A stretch of DNA of 32,000 nt from Candidatus Iainarchaeum sp. (GCA_030688545.1 JAUYHT010000006.1:30001-62000); one strand, 5' to 3'. Positions 17,459 to 25,333 are shown, numbered from the stretch's first letter. Numbers and translations: made by a program. The notes: generated from the sequence alone by a model not told the origin.

Positions 17459-18250
17459 TTATTCCTGCCTCCCATTCGCAATCTGGGGGGACTGGTACAA
17501 GTCATTGACCATTCCGGGGATTGGAAATGGTGCGCGCCGGAGCGCCCAATATTTCAGGGCTTCCCCTATCACGCGTAGACCATATGATACAATCCGCACC
17601 CGGGATATTTCATCCCCATAGAATGTGGGGATGGAGACTTCGTGTATCCGGAAGTGTCGATCAAAGAAGAGGATGAGGATTTGCGTGTCGAAATGAAATC
17701 CGGAGGTGCATTCGGAGAGGGGGATGTCCTGAAAGCAGCGGGTTCGAAACGCCCGGTATCCGGAGTGAAATTCCGAGAAACGACTCCCAACCAATAAGTT
17801 TTGAATTTGAGTGAGGGCTTGGTTGCCTATAAATTTGTGGAGTGGCATCTTTCCCCGGAGAGGATTTCCCGTCATGCGGGATCCAAAAACCAGGTCCGCT
17901 TCCCCCCGCATGATAGGGGAATAGATTTGGGAGAGCAGTTCCGGGGCGTACTGCCCATCTCCGTGCACCATCACCACGGCCTCCAATCCATTCTTGAGGG
18001 CGAATCGATAGGCGTGCTTCTGGTTGCCCCCGTAGCCCAAATTCTTAGGGTTGGTGTGCACGTGTATTTTATTACGGAAAGCATGGGTGCGTGCGCACGC
18101 ACACGCCACATCGCTCGTCCGGTCGGTGCTTGCGTCGTCGAAGATATAGATTCCTTCAGCTGCTCTAAATGTCTCCTCGGGAATCCGTGCCAATACCGAC
18201 GCGATCGTATCTTCCGCTTGATACGCCAGAATGAGGATGCCCAATTTCAT
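17459..18250 (-). CDS. Family-2 glycosyltransferase (Dpm1/GtrB-like polyprenyl-phosphate sugar synthase type)
   Basis: ILILAYQAEDTI...IYIFDDASTDRT...NLGYGGNQKHA...VMVHGDGQY...DLVFGSR is the canonical GT2 (GT-A, DxD) pattern. Confidence 0.85.
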   Translation of the reverse strand: MKLGILILAYQAEDTIASVLARIPEETFRAAEGIYIFDDASTDRTSDVACACARTHAFRNKIHVHTNPKNLGYGGNQKHAYRFALKNGLEAVVMVHGDGQYAPELLSQIYSPIMRGEADLVFGSRMTGNPLRGKMPLHKFIGNQALTQIQNLLVGSRFSEFHSGYRAFRTRCFQDIPLSECTSGFHFDTQILILFFDRHFRIHEVSIPTFYGDEISRVRIVSYGLRVIGEALKYWALRRAPFPIPGMVNDLYQSPQIANGRQE

Positions 18251-18296
18251 GGATTAGGGATGGCAAAAAGCTATAAGGACTTTTCTTTTATGTAGA

Positions 18297-19580
18297 TTAT
18301 TGGATGGGTGGAAATTCTTCTACGCCCAACGTATACGGGTGAAGCGCTTTAGGTACACGCAATCCCCCTTCTTGGGTCTGGTGGTTTTCAAGAATGGCGC
18401 GGATCATCCGGGCGGTGGCCACGGCGGTGGCGTTGAGGGTGTGCACATATTCCTTTCGTCCGTCCTTGAACCCTTTTTTGATCCCTAATCTCACTGCTTG
18501 GTAGGTGGTGCAGTGGCTCAGGGAGGCGAGTTCGAAATAGTTTTTTTCCCGCGGGGAATACCCTTCGATATCATATTTCTTGGCGGCAACGATCCCCAAA
18601 TCCCCGGTGCACACATTCATCACGCGATAGGGGATTTCCAATCCCCTGAAAATCGTTTCGGTGTTCGCCAGCAATTTTTCATGCCATTCTTTACTTTCCT
18701 CCGCGCCGCAAATAACCACTTGCTCCACTTTATTGAAATGGTGCACCCGGAACAATCCTCGCTCCTCCAGTCCATGTTTACCCACTTCTCTCCGGAAGCA
18801 GGGGGTGATGCCCGCCAATCGAATGGGCAGTTCATCTTCAGGAATGGTTTCTTTCATATATTGCGCGACCAATGGATGTTCACTCGTGGCGATGAGATGC
18901 AAATCCTCATTTTCTATCTTGTACAATTGATCATCAAACTCATTCAAATCCGTCACCCCCTCATAGGCTTCGCGCCGCAGGAGGAGGGGAGGTAAAATGG
19001 GATCGAATCCCGCGTGGATGAGGGTGTCCAATGCGTACCGTTGGAGCGCCAAATCCAATAGAGCTAATGGTCCTTTCAAGGCATAGAATCCTGTTCCCGC
19101 GATCTTCACCGCGCGCTCGAAATCCACCCCTCCGATGTTGCGGGCGATCTCCGCATGGTGTTTCACGTCGAAATCAAATGTCCTCATTTTTCCATTTTTC
19201 CGCAGTTCCACATTCTCAGAATCATCTTTCCCATAGGGTACGTCCCCCATCATCACATTAGGTAACCGCATCAAAATCCCATTGATCCTTTCTTTCACCT
19301 CATCCTGGATGCGCTGGTTCTGGGTAATGAGTTGCCCCACCTGCTTGCTTTCCTGGATCAACGCCTGTTTTTGTGTGGGGTGATCAATGGCTTTGGCCAC
19401 CTCTTGGGATAAGGTATTCCGCTTCCCTCGGAGGCGTTCCACTTCCTGCAGGGCTCGTCGATAGGCCGTGTCGTCCTCAACCAGTTGGTCGAATGATTCT
19501 AAGTATTCTGGCACGTGTCGTCGCGCGAGGTTTTCCCTAATAGCCGCCGGATTTTCCCTAATCACATGGATGTCGAGCAT
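18297..19580 (-). CDS. serS: Seryl-tRNA synthetase
   Basis: N-terminus MLDIHVIRENP plus a coiled-coil arm. Class-II motifs are CFRREVGKHGLEERGLFRVHHFNKVEQ and GDLGIVAAKKYDIEGYSP...HTLNATAVATARM. ATG at 19580; the track start at 19586 is GTG. An A/T box at 19606-19612 lies about 29 nt upstream. Confidence 0.93.
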   Translation of the reverse strand: MLDIHVIRENPAAIRENLARRHVPEYLESFDQLVEDDTAYRRALQEVERLRGKRNTLSQEVAKAIDHPTQKQALIQESKQVGQLITQNQRIQDEVKERINGILMRLPNVMMGDVPYGKDDSENVELRKNGKMRTFDFDVKHHAEIARNIGGVDFERAVKIAGTGFYALKGPLALLDLALQRYALDTLIHAGFDPILPPLLLRREAYEGVTDLNEFDDQLYKIENEDLHLIATSEHPLVAQYMKETIPEDELPIRLAGITPCFRREVGKHGLEERGLFRVHHFNKVEQVVICGAEESKEWHEKLLANTETIFRGLEIPYRVMNVCTGDLGIVAAKKYDIEGYSPREKNYFELASLSHCTTYQAVRLGIKKGFKDGRKEYVHTLNATAVATARMIRAILENHQTQEGGLRVPKALHPYTLGVEEFPPIQ

Positions 19581-19688
19581 ACGCACTCCCTATTCTCCCA
19601 GCCGGTTAAAAACCCCTTTTTCCTTCAATTCACCTTGTGGCCTTTTCCTTTATATATCCGGGGATACCAGGAATGGTAGGGATCGCCT

Positions 19689-19961
19689 ATGGGAACCGTC
19701 GCTGAATTTTTCAGAGAAATAGTAAAAAGCACCCACGTTTTTTTCCAGAAAGTGGGCGCATTCGTCCTCCTCGTGTTCGTGTTGGGAATGCTCGCTGGGG
19801 GATACATCATTGCCGCTTCCCTATCCCCTTTATGGTTCCTCGCGTTCGCCGTAACCATCGTGGTGATGTGGAATGACTTTGGAGAGGGCGTGGCCATATT
19901 CGCCCTCATCCTTATCCTATTCCTATTCGTCCCGGAGCTACTGCCCCCGTTCTCAATCTAA
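19689..19961 (+). CDS. Small membrane protein with 3 predicted TM segments
   Basis: 90-aa ORF with hydrophobic segments (AFVLLVFVLGMLAGGYIIAA, LWFLAFAVTIVVMW, VAIFALILILFLFV). The TATA-like box tttatatat (19649-19657) is upstream. Confidence 0.45.
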   Translation: MGTVAEFFREIVKSTHVFFQKVGAFVLLVFVLGMLAGGYIIAASLSPLWFLAFAVTIVVMWNDFGEGVAIFALILILFLFVPELLPPFSI

Positions 19962-19997
19962 CGTGTTATGGGTTGCTAGGACAACAAACACTGCTCG

Positions 19998-20846
19998 CTA
20001 TCGACTTTTTCGTTTTTTGCTTTCCAACATCCGGCGACGTTTTTTAATTGCCGCCCCAAAAGCCATAAGCCCCGCGACTACCACCACCGAGCCCAAACTC
20101 CACTTCCTTTGAGCCCGGACATATTCTTCAGCCGCTTTTTCAATCAACGGTTCGATATACGCGATCCGTTCCTGAGGAATGTCAGAAACAAGTGCAGCTA
20201 ATCGTTTCATTCCCTCTGGTGAAATTATCCTTTCAAGATGAAACAGATTAATATCCAATTTTTCTCTTACGAATTGTTTTTTCGATTTCCTACGGAATTC
20301 TTCCACGAATTCAGCCCCAAGCTTTTCAGCTACCTCTTTCTCCATTTCCAGAATCCTTTTGACTTGGTTGCGTTCAAATACATCACCTACGCGTTCCAAA
20401 TCACTTATCATCCGATTAAATTGCCGTTCTAATTCAAATTCGAGAATGTCTCGATATAAGGTCTTAGATTTCTGAGGCAATAATGAATAAAGTCTTTTTG
20501 CGGCCCTTTGGTCAGGCGATCGTATAAATCCACGTTCTACATTTAATAGACGAGTAAGTTCGGGGGACATAATCCGATATAGAACTGCGGGTCTCTTTGG
20601 GCCCGCCTCGTCCATGGTCTCTGCATAGCGAACAGCTCTATCGATATTTTGTTCATATGTTTTTTTATTAAGTGGATAACCAGCAATTCGCCCACCCCAA
20701 TAGGCCGCGGAAAGTGCCGCTGCAATTAGGGCAGACCGTGTAGCAACTTCTTTGGTGGTATCCCATGCCTTTCTCCCACGGCCAGGTTTATTTGCGACGT
20801 TCTCAGCGGCTGGTCTTCGTCTTCCACTTGATCCACGTGTCCCCAT
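19998..20846 (-). CDS. Hypothetical protein with a basic N-terminal tail, two flanking hydrophobic segments and a helical middle. Paralog of the 1..700 product.
   Basis: Begins MGTRGSSGRRRPAAENVANKPGRGRKAWDTTKEVATRSALIAAALSAAYWGG and ends with a C-terminal TM segment (LGSVVVVAGLMAFGAAI) plus KKRRRMLESKKRKSR. ATG 20846 is preferred over 20870 because the TATA-like box ctttatatat (20877-20886) is only about 11 nt from 20870, and AGGTGA precedes 20846. The central part of the gene body is markedly AT-richer than its flanks (a sampled 60-nt stretch is about 25% GC). Confidence 0.55.
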   Translation of the reverse strand: MGTRGSSGRRRPAAENVANKPGRGRKAWDTTKEVATRSALIAAALSAAYWGGRIAGYPLNKKTYEQNIDRAVRYAETMDEAGPKRPAVLYRIMSPELTRLLNVERGFIRSPDQRAAKRLYSLLPQKSKTLYRDILEFELERQFNRMISDLERVGDVFERNQVKRILEMEKEVAEKLGAEFVEEFRRKSKKQFVREKLDINLFHLERIISPEGMKRLAALVSDIPQERIAYIEPLIEKAAEEYVRAQRKWSLGSVVVVAGLMAFGAAIKKRRRMLESKKRKSR

Positions 20847-20943
20847 GATTTCACCTGCCCAACAATACATTTAGTCATATATAAAGAAATCGTCGAACCC
20901 GTTTGATTTACCCTCTACCTGAAAATAAACACGTTAAACACAC

Positions 20944-21327
20944 CTATGAATAATGGGGCAATACGGGGATGGTCAGCGCCTGTTTTTTCTTCCCCATTCC
21001 GCAATCCACGCAGTTGGTGGTTAGGCAATCTTCGGGGACGTTTTTCCATTTGATGTGGAAGCGCTTGATGGCGTCGACCACGGCGCTCAATTCCATTCCT
21101 TTGGGAGTAAGGGTATAGTGGTGGCGCGCATTCCTGAACACCAATCCTTCCTCCTCCATCTCTTTCACCCTCTGGGAGAGCATCTTGGGGGACGCGTGGA
21201 GTTTGCGGGCGAGATCATTGAATCCTACTTCCTTGGAGATCTTCAACTCTTCCAGCAGGGGGATGGCGAACCGTTTCCCAAGGGAGTGAGTGGTGGTGTG
21301 GACAAGGCATTCCGCGGGAGGCATCAC
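20944..21327 (-). CDS. HxlR/MarR-type winged-helix transcriptional regulator with a Cys-rich C-terminal tail
   Basis: CLVHTTTHSLGKRFAIPLLEEL...FNDLARKLHASPKMLSQRVKEMEEEGLVFRN...YTLTPKG matches the HxlR pattern. The extra tail is EDCLTTNCVDCGMGKKK. Confidence 0.65.
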   Translation of the reverse strand: MMPPAECLVHTTTHSLGKRFAIPLLEELKISKEVGFNDLARKLHASPKMLSQRVKEMEEEGLVFRNARHHYTLTPKGMELSAVVDAIKRFHIKWKNVPEDCLTTNCVDCGMGKKKQALTIPVLPHYS

Positions 21328-21588
21328 TATCCATTCCGTTACCCCTCTTTTTAATGCATCCCACTCAAACTATCCTTTTAGTAACTGCCCCTTTTTAGTA
21401 AATCAAGCATTCCAAGTGCTCAGCGGCGTTGCATCGCGAGGGCTTTTGGGGTGGCTCATCACCATCCCCATGTCATCCTCTACCTTCCGATGAGCCCAAC
21501 TGGTGGTGCGGTGCACCCGCTATTTCTTTCTTCTTGAGAGGATGTTCTCCCCTCAATGGCCCCTTTTTTTGAACATCGTTTGTGAACA

Positions 21589-22392
21589 CTATCTCTGGGC
21601 GTGCGCCGGACACATAGTGATGAACTCACAATTTCCGCAGTGCCGCCCCACTTTGGGGGGAAACAGCCCCACCTGTTTGTGGCTCTCGATTCCGTCCGCA
21701 ATATGTTGAGCTTTCCCCACCGCCTCCCGAGCGTTTTCGGGCTCGAGGAGCGTCGTCACCGTTTTTCCATGGGATAAGTAGTGCCATTGCAGTTCTACTT
21801 CTTGCAAGGGCGCATACTGGTGGGCGGCCATGGCCCCATACAGGGTGGCCTGGAAATCATTCCCCAGGGTTTTGGAGGATAAGGTGAGCGCCCCCGTCTT
21901 GTAATCATGCACCACAAGTTTCCTATCTTGAGGTTTGGACACCCGGTCGAGGAAGCCCATGAGCCATTGCTTGCGTCCCGGGTTGAGGGGATACATGATC
22001 CTTTTTTCCACGTCGATAGTAACCTTTTTCTCGGCCTCGAAATGGGTTTGGAAATACCATTCCACATTGGCGATGCTTTTCTGGACGAAAGGGAGGGCCT
22101 CTTCTGGAGATATAGGAATGGGGGATTCCTTCAATGTTTGTTCCCATAAACCGGGGAGGGATTCCAATAGGTTTTCTTGGGTAACTGGTTTATTTCCCAG
22201 CGCAGCCAAGTGGGCGTGCTCCAGAAGGGTATGGACCACACTCCCACATGTCATGTATAAGTCAAGGGGTTGTTCGGGAATAGGGGATTTCCACACATAC
22301 CGGTGGGCGTATTGCTGAGGGCACCGGGCAAACATCGATAACGACGTATAGGAATAGGGAGATGGCATGGACAGAGAACCAAAGCCACCCAT
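21589..22392 (-). CDS. Cas4-like / RecB-family PD-(D/E)XK nuclease with a 4-Cys Fe-S cluster
   Basis: N-terminal Cys (FARCPQQY), FLDRV...VVHDYKTG (D...DxK motifs), QATLYG (QxxxY) and C-terminal CGNCEFITMC (C-x2-C-x5-C). No cas genes or repeats are nearby. Confidence 0.75.
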   Translation of the reverse strand: MGGFGSLSMPSPYSYTSLSMFARCPQQYAHRYVWKSPIPEQPLDLYMTCGSVVHTLLEHAHLAALGNKPVTQENLLESLPGLWEQTLKESPIPISPEEALPFVQKSIANVEWYFQTHFEAEKKVTIDVEKRIMYPLNPGRKQWLMGFLDRVSKPQDRKLVVHDYKTGALTLSSKTLGNDFQATLYGAMAAHQYAPLQEVELQWHYLSHGKTVTTLLEPENAREAVGKAQHIADGIESHKQVGLFPPKVGRHCGNCEFITMCPAHAQR

Positions 22393-22659
22393 TTAAGCCT
22401 GCGGAGAGTGGGCCGCCGCGCCCTTTTTAACCCTCGATTCCATGAACGGGGGTATATGCCCTCCCCCCCGATCATACCATTGTCCGCCCGGCCTTTCCCC
22501 AAAAATAGAAATTATTTTTCCCCATCCAACCCTTTTTCCCATCCATCACAATCAGCAACAATAGCGGAAAATAGTCAGAGGCGTTCGGCCAATGGGAGAT
22601 TCCAAAAATCCCCTCGTCCCTCGGTGTGGCTGGGCGAAGCAGATCCTACCTTTTCTTCA

Positions 22660-22678
22660 GGGGTATCGAGGATACCCC
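22660..22678. promoter_or_regulatory. Perfect 19-nt palindrome GGGGTATC-GAG-GATACCCC upstream of (or within the leader of) the first pilin-like gene
   Basis: 8-bp arms at 22660-22667 and 22671-22678 with a 3-nt spacer, read directly from the sequence. Confidence 0.6.
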
Positions 22679-22728
22679 GGGTTCGGGGCGGCCGGACGAA
22701 AACGGCCATCGAAAGCGGCCGCGGGCAG

Positions 22729-23301
22729 ATGAGCGCGCCTTTCGAATTGCTCATCGCGGTCATCCTCATGGGATTTGTTCTCTTCGCCGGGTTTACCGCC
22801 ATCCAGCAGCTCCAGCAACAGACCTGCGTGAACACCATCCATTCCCAGCTGGAAAAATTGGGTCGGAATCTCCAGAATGTCGCCACTGGAAAAGGCAGCG
22901 CGCAGTTCCAGTTCTCCCTGGAGGGGTGTTCGGCCCGAATCAATGATTGTGCCCAGTTTTCCCAATTAGCCTCCGCCGGGCAGGAAGTGGAATGCATCCA
23001 GCTCCAGGATTCCACTGACCCCAATATTTGTTCGAGCTATTGTTCTTCCGCCCGTTCCGTGTGTTCCCTCCTCATCTACCGTTCGGCCAAATATGATACC
23101 ACCATCAAGTGCGTGGATATTTCTCCCTCCACTGTTTTCCCGGCCCAGGGCAGCCAGCAGTGTCCTGACCGTTCCCTGGAGGGCTGGGTCCTCCAGGATT
23201 TTACGACCTCAACCATTCGACAAGGTACTTATTCCCTGCTCAAGGGATCAGAATTAACGGCCACCGTACCCATTGTGTGTGCCTATTACCGCCAGGGGTA
23301 G
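22729..23301 (+). CDS. Pilin-like protein with a class-III-type N-terminus and a Cys-rich (10 Cys) extracellular domain
   Basis: ...GRGQ/MSAPFELLIAVILMGFVLFAGF resembles archaeal EppA-type (QxSxEF) and TadE-type prepilin N-termini. ATG is at 22729. An in-frame GTG at 22624 would give a 35-aa leader ending in RGQ, so the start is uncertain. Confidence 0.55.
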   Translation: MSAPFELLIAVILMGFVLFAGFTAIQQLQQQTCVNTIHSQLEKLGRNLQNVATGKGSAQFQFSLEGCSARINDCAQFSQLASAGQEVECIQLQDSTDPNICSSYCSSARSVCSLLIYRSAKYDTTIKCVDISPSTVFPAQGSQQCPDRSLEGWVLQDFTTSTIRQGTYSLLKGSELTATVPIVCAYYRQG

Positions 23302-23308
23302 ACCGTGC

Positions 23309-23905
23309 ATGATTGAGTTCACTCTTTCCAAAATAAATCTGCTCATTCTCGTCGTGGCTTTGTTTGGAATCATTTCTTTTTTCACTTTCAACCTGGGAGG
23401 GGTTTTCCTGGTAAATGAGGTGAAGCAGGAATTGGACACCTATTCCGCCACCATCAATGCGAGTCTCATCGCTCCCACGACATGCGATAGTAAGCCCTTT
23501 TCCATCCCCCCCAAATTCAAGTCGTTCGGGAGCGATGTATTCTATACCCTTTCCTTGTCCCAAATCCCTGATGGGTTGGGTAACCGCCTCATCTTTTCGG
23601 CGTCGGACATTCGCAAACCCGATTTGGTGTTAGCCGCCTCCTCCCTGGCCACGGATGCCCGCATTGTTATCTTCTCGGATGCCGGAGGAACATTTTTCCC
23701 CCTTTCTCCGGGGGAGGAATATGTTTTGGATCCCCAATCCGTGCCTCCCCGGAATGCGTTTTATATGGTGAAGAGTGTGATGCGTGGTAACACGACTTTG
23801 TATCTCATTCCATGCGCTATTTCCGCGCATGCCGAAACGTGCCAAACGAATAAGCAATTGGTAAATCAATTTCTCACGTCCTCGGGAGAAGGATTTGTAT
23901 GCTAA
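23309..23905 (+). CDS. Pilin-like / N-terminally anchored secreted protein
   Basis: Begins MIEFTLSKINLLILVVALFGIISFFTF, a charged IEF motif followed by a roughly 20-aa hydrophobic helix, then a soluble domain with 4 Cys. It starts 8 nt after the previous stop. Confidence 0.5.
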   Translation: MIEFTLSKINLLILVVALFGIISFFTFNLGGVFLVNEVKQELDTYSATINASLIAPTTCDSKPFSIPPKFKSFGSDVFYTLSLSQIPDGLGNRLIFSASDIRKPDLVLAASSLATDARIVIFSDAGGTFFPLSPGEEYVLDPQSVPPRNAFYMVKSVMRGNTTLYLIPCAISAHAETCQTNKQLVNQFLTSSGEGFVC

Positions 23906-24444
23906 CCCTTTTTTTGGGCGATCGGGGCTATTTGGGTCCCGTGGGGGATGACATCCCCAGCCTTATCCCCATTGTCGTGGCATTGGTCATCTTCTTCTCT
24001 GCCTTCACATTCACTCTCAATGAGTTCAATTCGCGAGGCCAAAGCTTTAACGCGGACCGGGATGTTCTTATTATCGCTAACGCGTTGAAAGGGGATAGCT
24101 ATATTGCCTCCTACCCTGAATTTGGGAGGGCTTGTGCGGGGTTACGAGTGCGGGGGTTGAATTACGTGGCGGGTCTCGTGGAGTCCTCGCGTTGGCATTC
24201 CATGTCCCAACAGGCCGCTGCCCAGCCCGATCAGCCAATTTTGAGTTTCATCGCCGATGCCTTCCACACCGAGAACAACCAGGAATTCTCCTGCCTTGGC
24301 GGGATTCAAGCCCCCCTCACGCAGGGGGGTTTGGCTTCCCTTCTTTTGGATAATCAGCATATCGTCCTCTCCTTTCCTGTGGCCCTGGAGTTGAGCACCG
24401 CGGTGGTCCCCGCGACTTTGGTGGTGATTGCTTGGAGAGTGTAA
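23899..24444 (+). CDS. Pilin-like / N-terminally anchored protein
   Basis: Begins MLTLFLGDRGYLGPVGDDIPSLIPIVVALVIFFSAFTF (basic-Gly followed by a hydrophobic helix). It overlaps the previous gene by 7 nt (ATGCTAA). Confidence 0.5.
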   Translation: MLTLFLGDRGYLGPVGDDIPSLIPIVVALVIFFSAFTFTLNEFNSRGQSFNADRDVLIIANALKGDSYIASYPEFGRACAGLRVRGLNYVAGLVESSRWHSMSQQAAAQPDQPILSFIADAFHTENNQEFSCLGGIQAPLTQGGLASLLLDNQHIVLSFPVALELSTAVVPATLVVIAWRV

Positions 24445-24463
24445 GGCTTTCATTTCTTTGTCT

Positions 24464-24489
24464 GGGTTCCAGGAGTCAACCTGGAACCC
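24464..24489 (+). promoter_or_regulatory. Perfect 10-bp stem / 6-nt loop hairpin between the third and fourth pilin-like genes
   Basis: GGGTTCCAGG (24464-24473), agtcaa, CCTGGAACCC (24480-24489). It begins 20 nt after the stop at 24444 and is not followed by a T-tract. Confidence 0.65.
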
Positions 24490-24532
24490 TAACTCCGCAG
24501 CGGCCCGACGGAACGGGCCAGGTGGTGAAATC

Positions 24533-25294
24533 ATGGCACGCGTAAGACGTTCAATTTTTGTTTCATCCGAGAGAACAGGGCAGGCCGCCGTTACGGATGC
24601 GTTGTTCCTTCTCGTCATCATCTCGGGTCTGACGGCGTTCATGCTTTTATTTTCGGCCAATTATGGCAAAGGCATTTCCGATCAAGTCAACCGGAATGAT
24701 TCATTCGAGTTCGTGGCGAGCGCGCTTAAAACCATCATGTATCAGAGCGTGGCCCGCAACGCGGATGAGATCATCAACCCTTTACATCCTGATCCGGAGC
24801 AGGAGGTGGACTATCTCATGGCCTTAGTTAAAGAAGATTTTGCGGACGACACGCAGTTATCGGTGAACACCCAGAAGAATCTGGCGCGCTCCGTTTTCCA
24901 CGTGATGCGTCCCATCGCCGACTCGCACGATTATATTTTTGCTATTAACACGGCCCAGAAATATGTATTTGTTATCCTCTGGCGCACCGAGTTCATCCCT
25001 TCCCCTAATCGATTTGGTGACGTGCAAGTGGATCCCCAGAACTCCCACCGCATGTATTCATGTGCTCCCTTGTTGAGTGATAATGCCCTCCAACGCCTCG
25101 CCCTGCGTGTGGGGAATACCACGGAAGCCCAGGCCCTGGTGAATATGGTGGAGTTTACCGGAAATTCGTTTCTTTTATCCCAGGATACCACGGCGACCCG
25201 CGCGGGAGTGACATTGGCCACGTGGACGGCCACGGTGATTCCGGATGCAGAGTGGCAGTTGCTGAACTGCACGCCTATTGCGTTCACGGTGTGA
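24533..25294 (+). CDS. TadE-like / archaeal class-III signal peptide protein (minor pilin-like)
   Basis: ATG 24533 gives MARVRRSIFVSSERTG/QAAVTDALFLLVIISGLTAFMLLF. This compares with the TadE consensus (R)G-x-AAVEFALVxP and the archaeal [KR]G/Q prepilin site. GGTGG lies upstream. Confidence 0.55.
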   Translation: MARVRRSIFVSSERTGQAAVTDALFLLVIISGLTAFMLLFSANYGKGISDQVNRNDSFEFVASALKTIMYQSVARNADEIINPLHPDPEQEVDYLMALVKEDFADDTQLSVNTQKNLARSVFHVMRPIADSHDYIFAINTAQKYVFVILWRTEFIPSPNRFGDVQVDPQNSHRMYSCAPLLSDNALQRLALRVGNTTEAQALVNMVEFTGNSFLLSQDTTATRAGVTLATWTATVIPDAEWQLLNCTPIAFTV

Positions 25295-25333
25295 GAGTTG
25301 GAGACGGGATTCACAAAATCCTGCCGAACCGTC

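Noticed and set aside
17801-18295. 164-aa plus-strand ORF
   Set aside because: It is antisense to the clearly recognisable GT2 glycosyltransferase gene.
22408-22728. 107-codon N-terminal extension of the first pilin-like ORF (track start 22408)
   Set aside because: The extension (…FNPRFHERGYMPSPPIIPLSARPFPKNRNYFSPSNPF…) is Pro/Ser/Arg-rich, covers the divergent promoter region and contains the A/T-rich stretch at 22498-22520. A class-III or signal-anchor N-terminus should be near the protein start. Only 22624 (GTG) or 22729 (ATG) are plausible.
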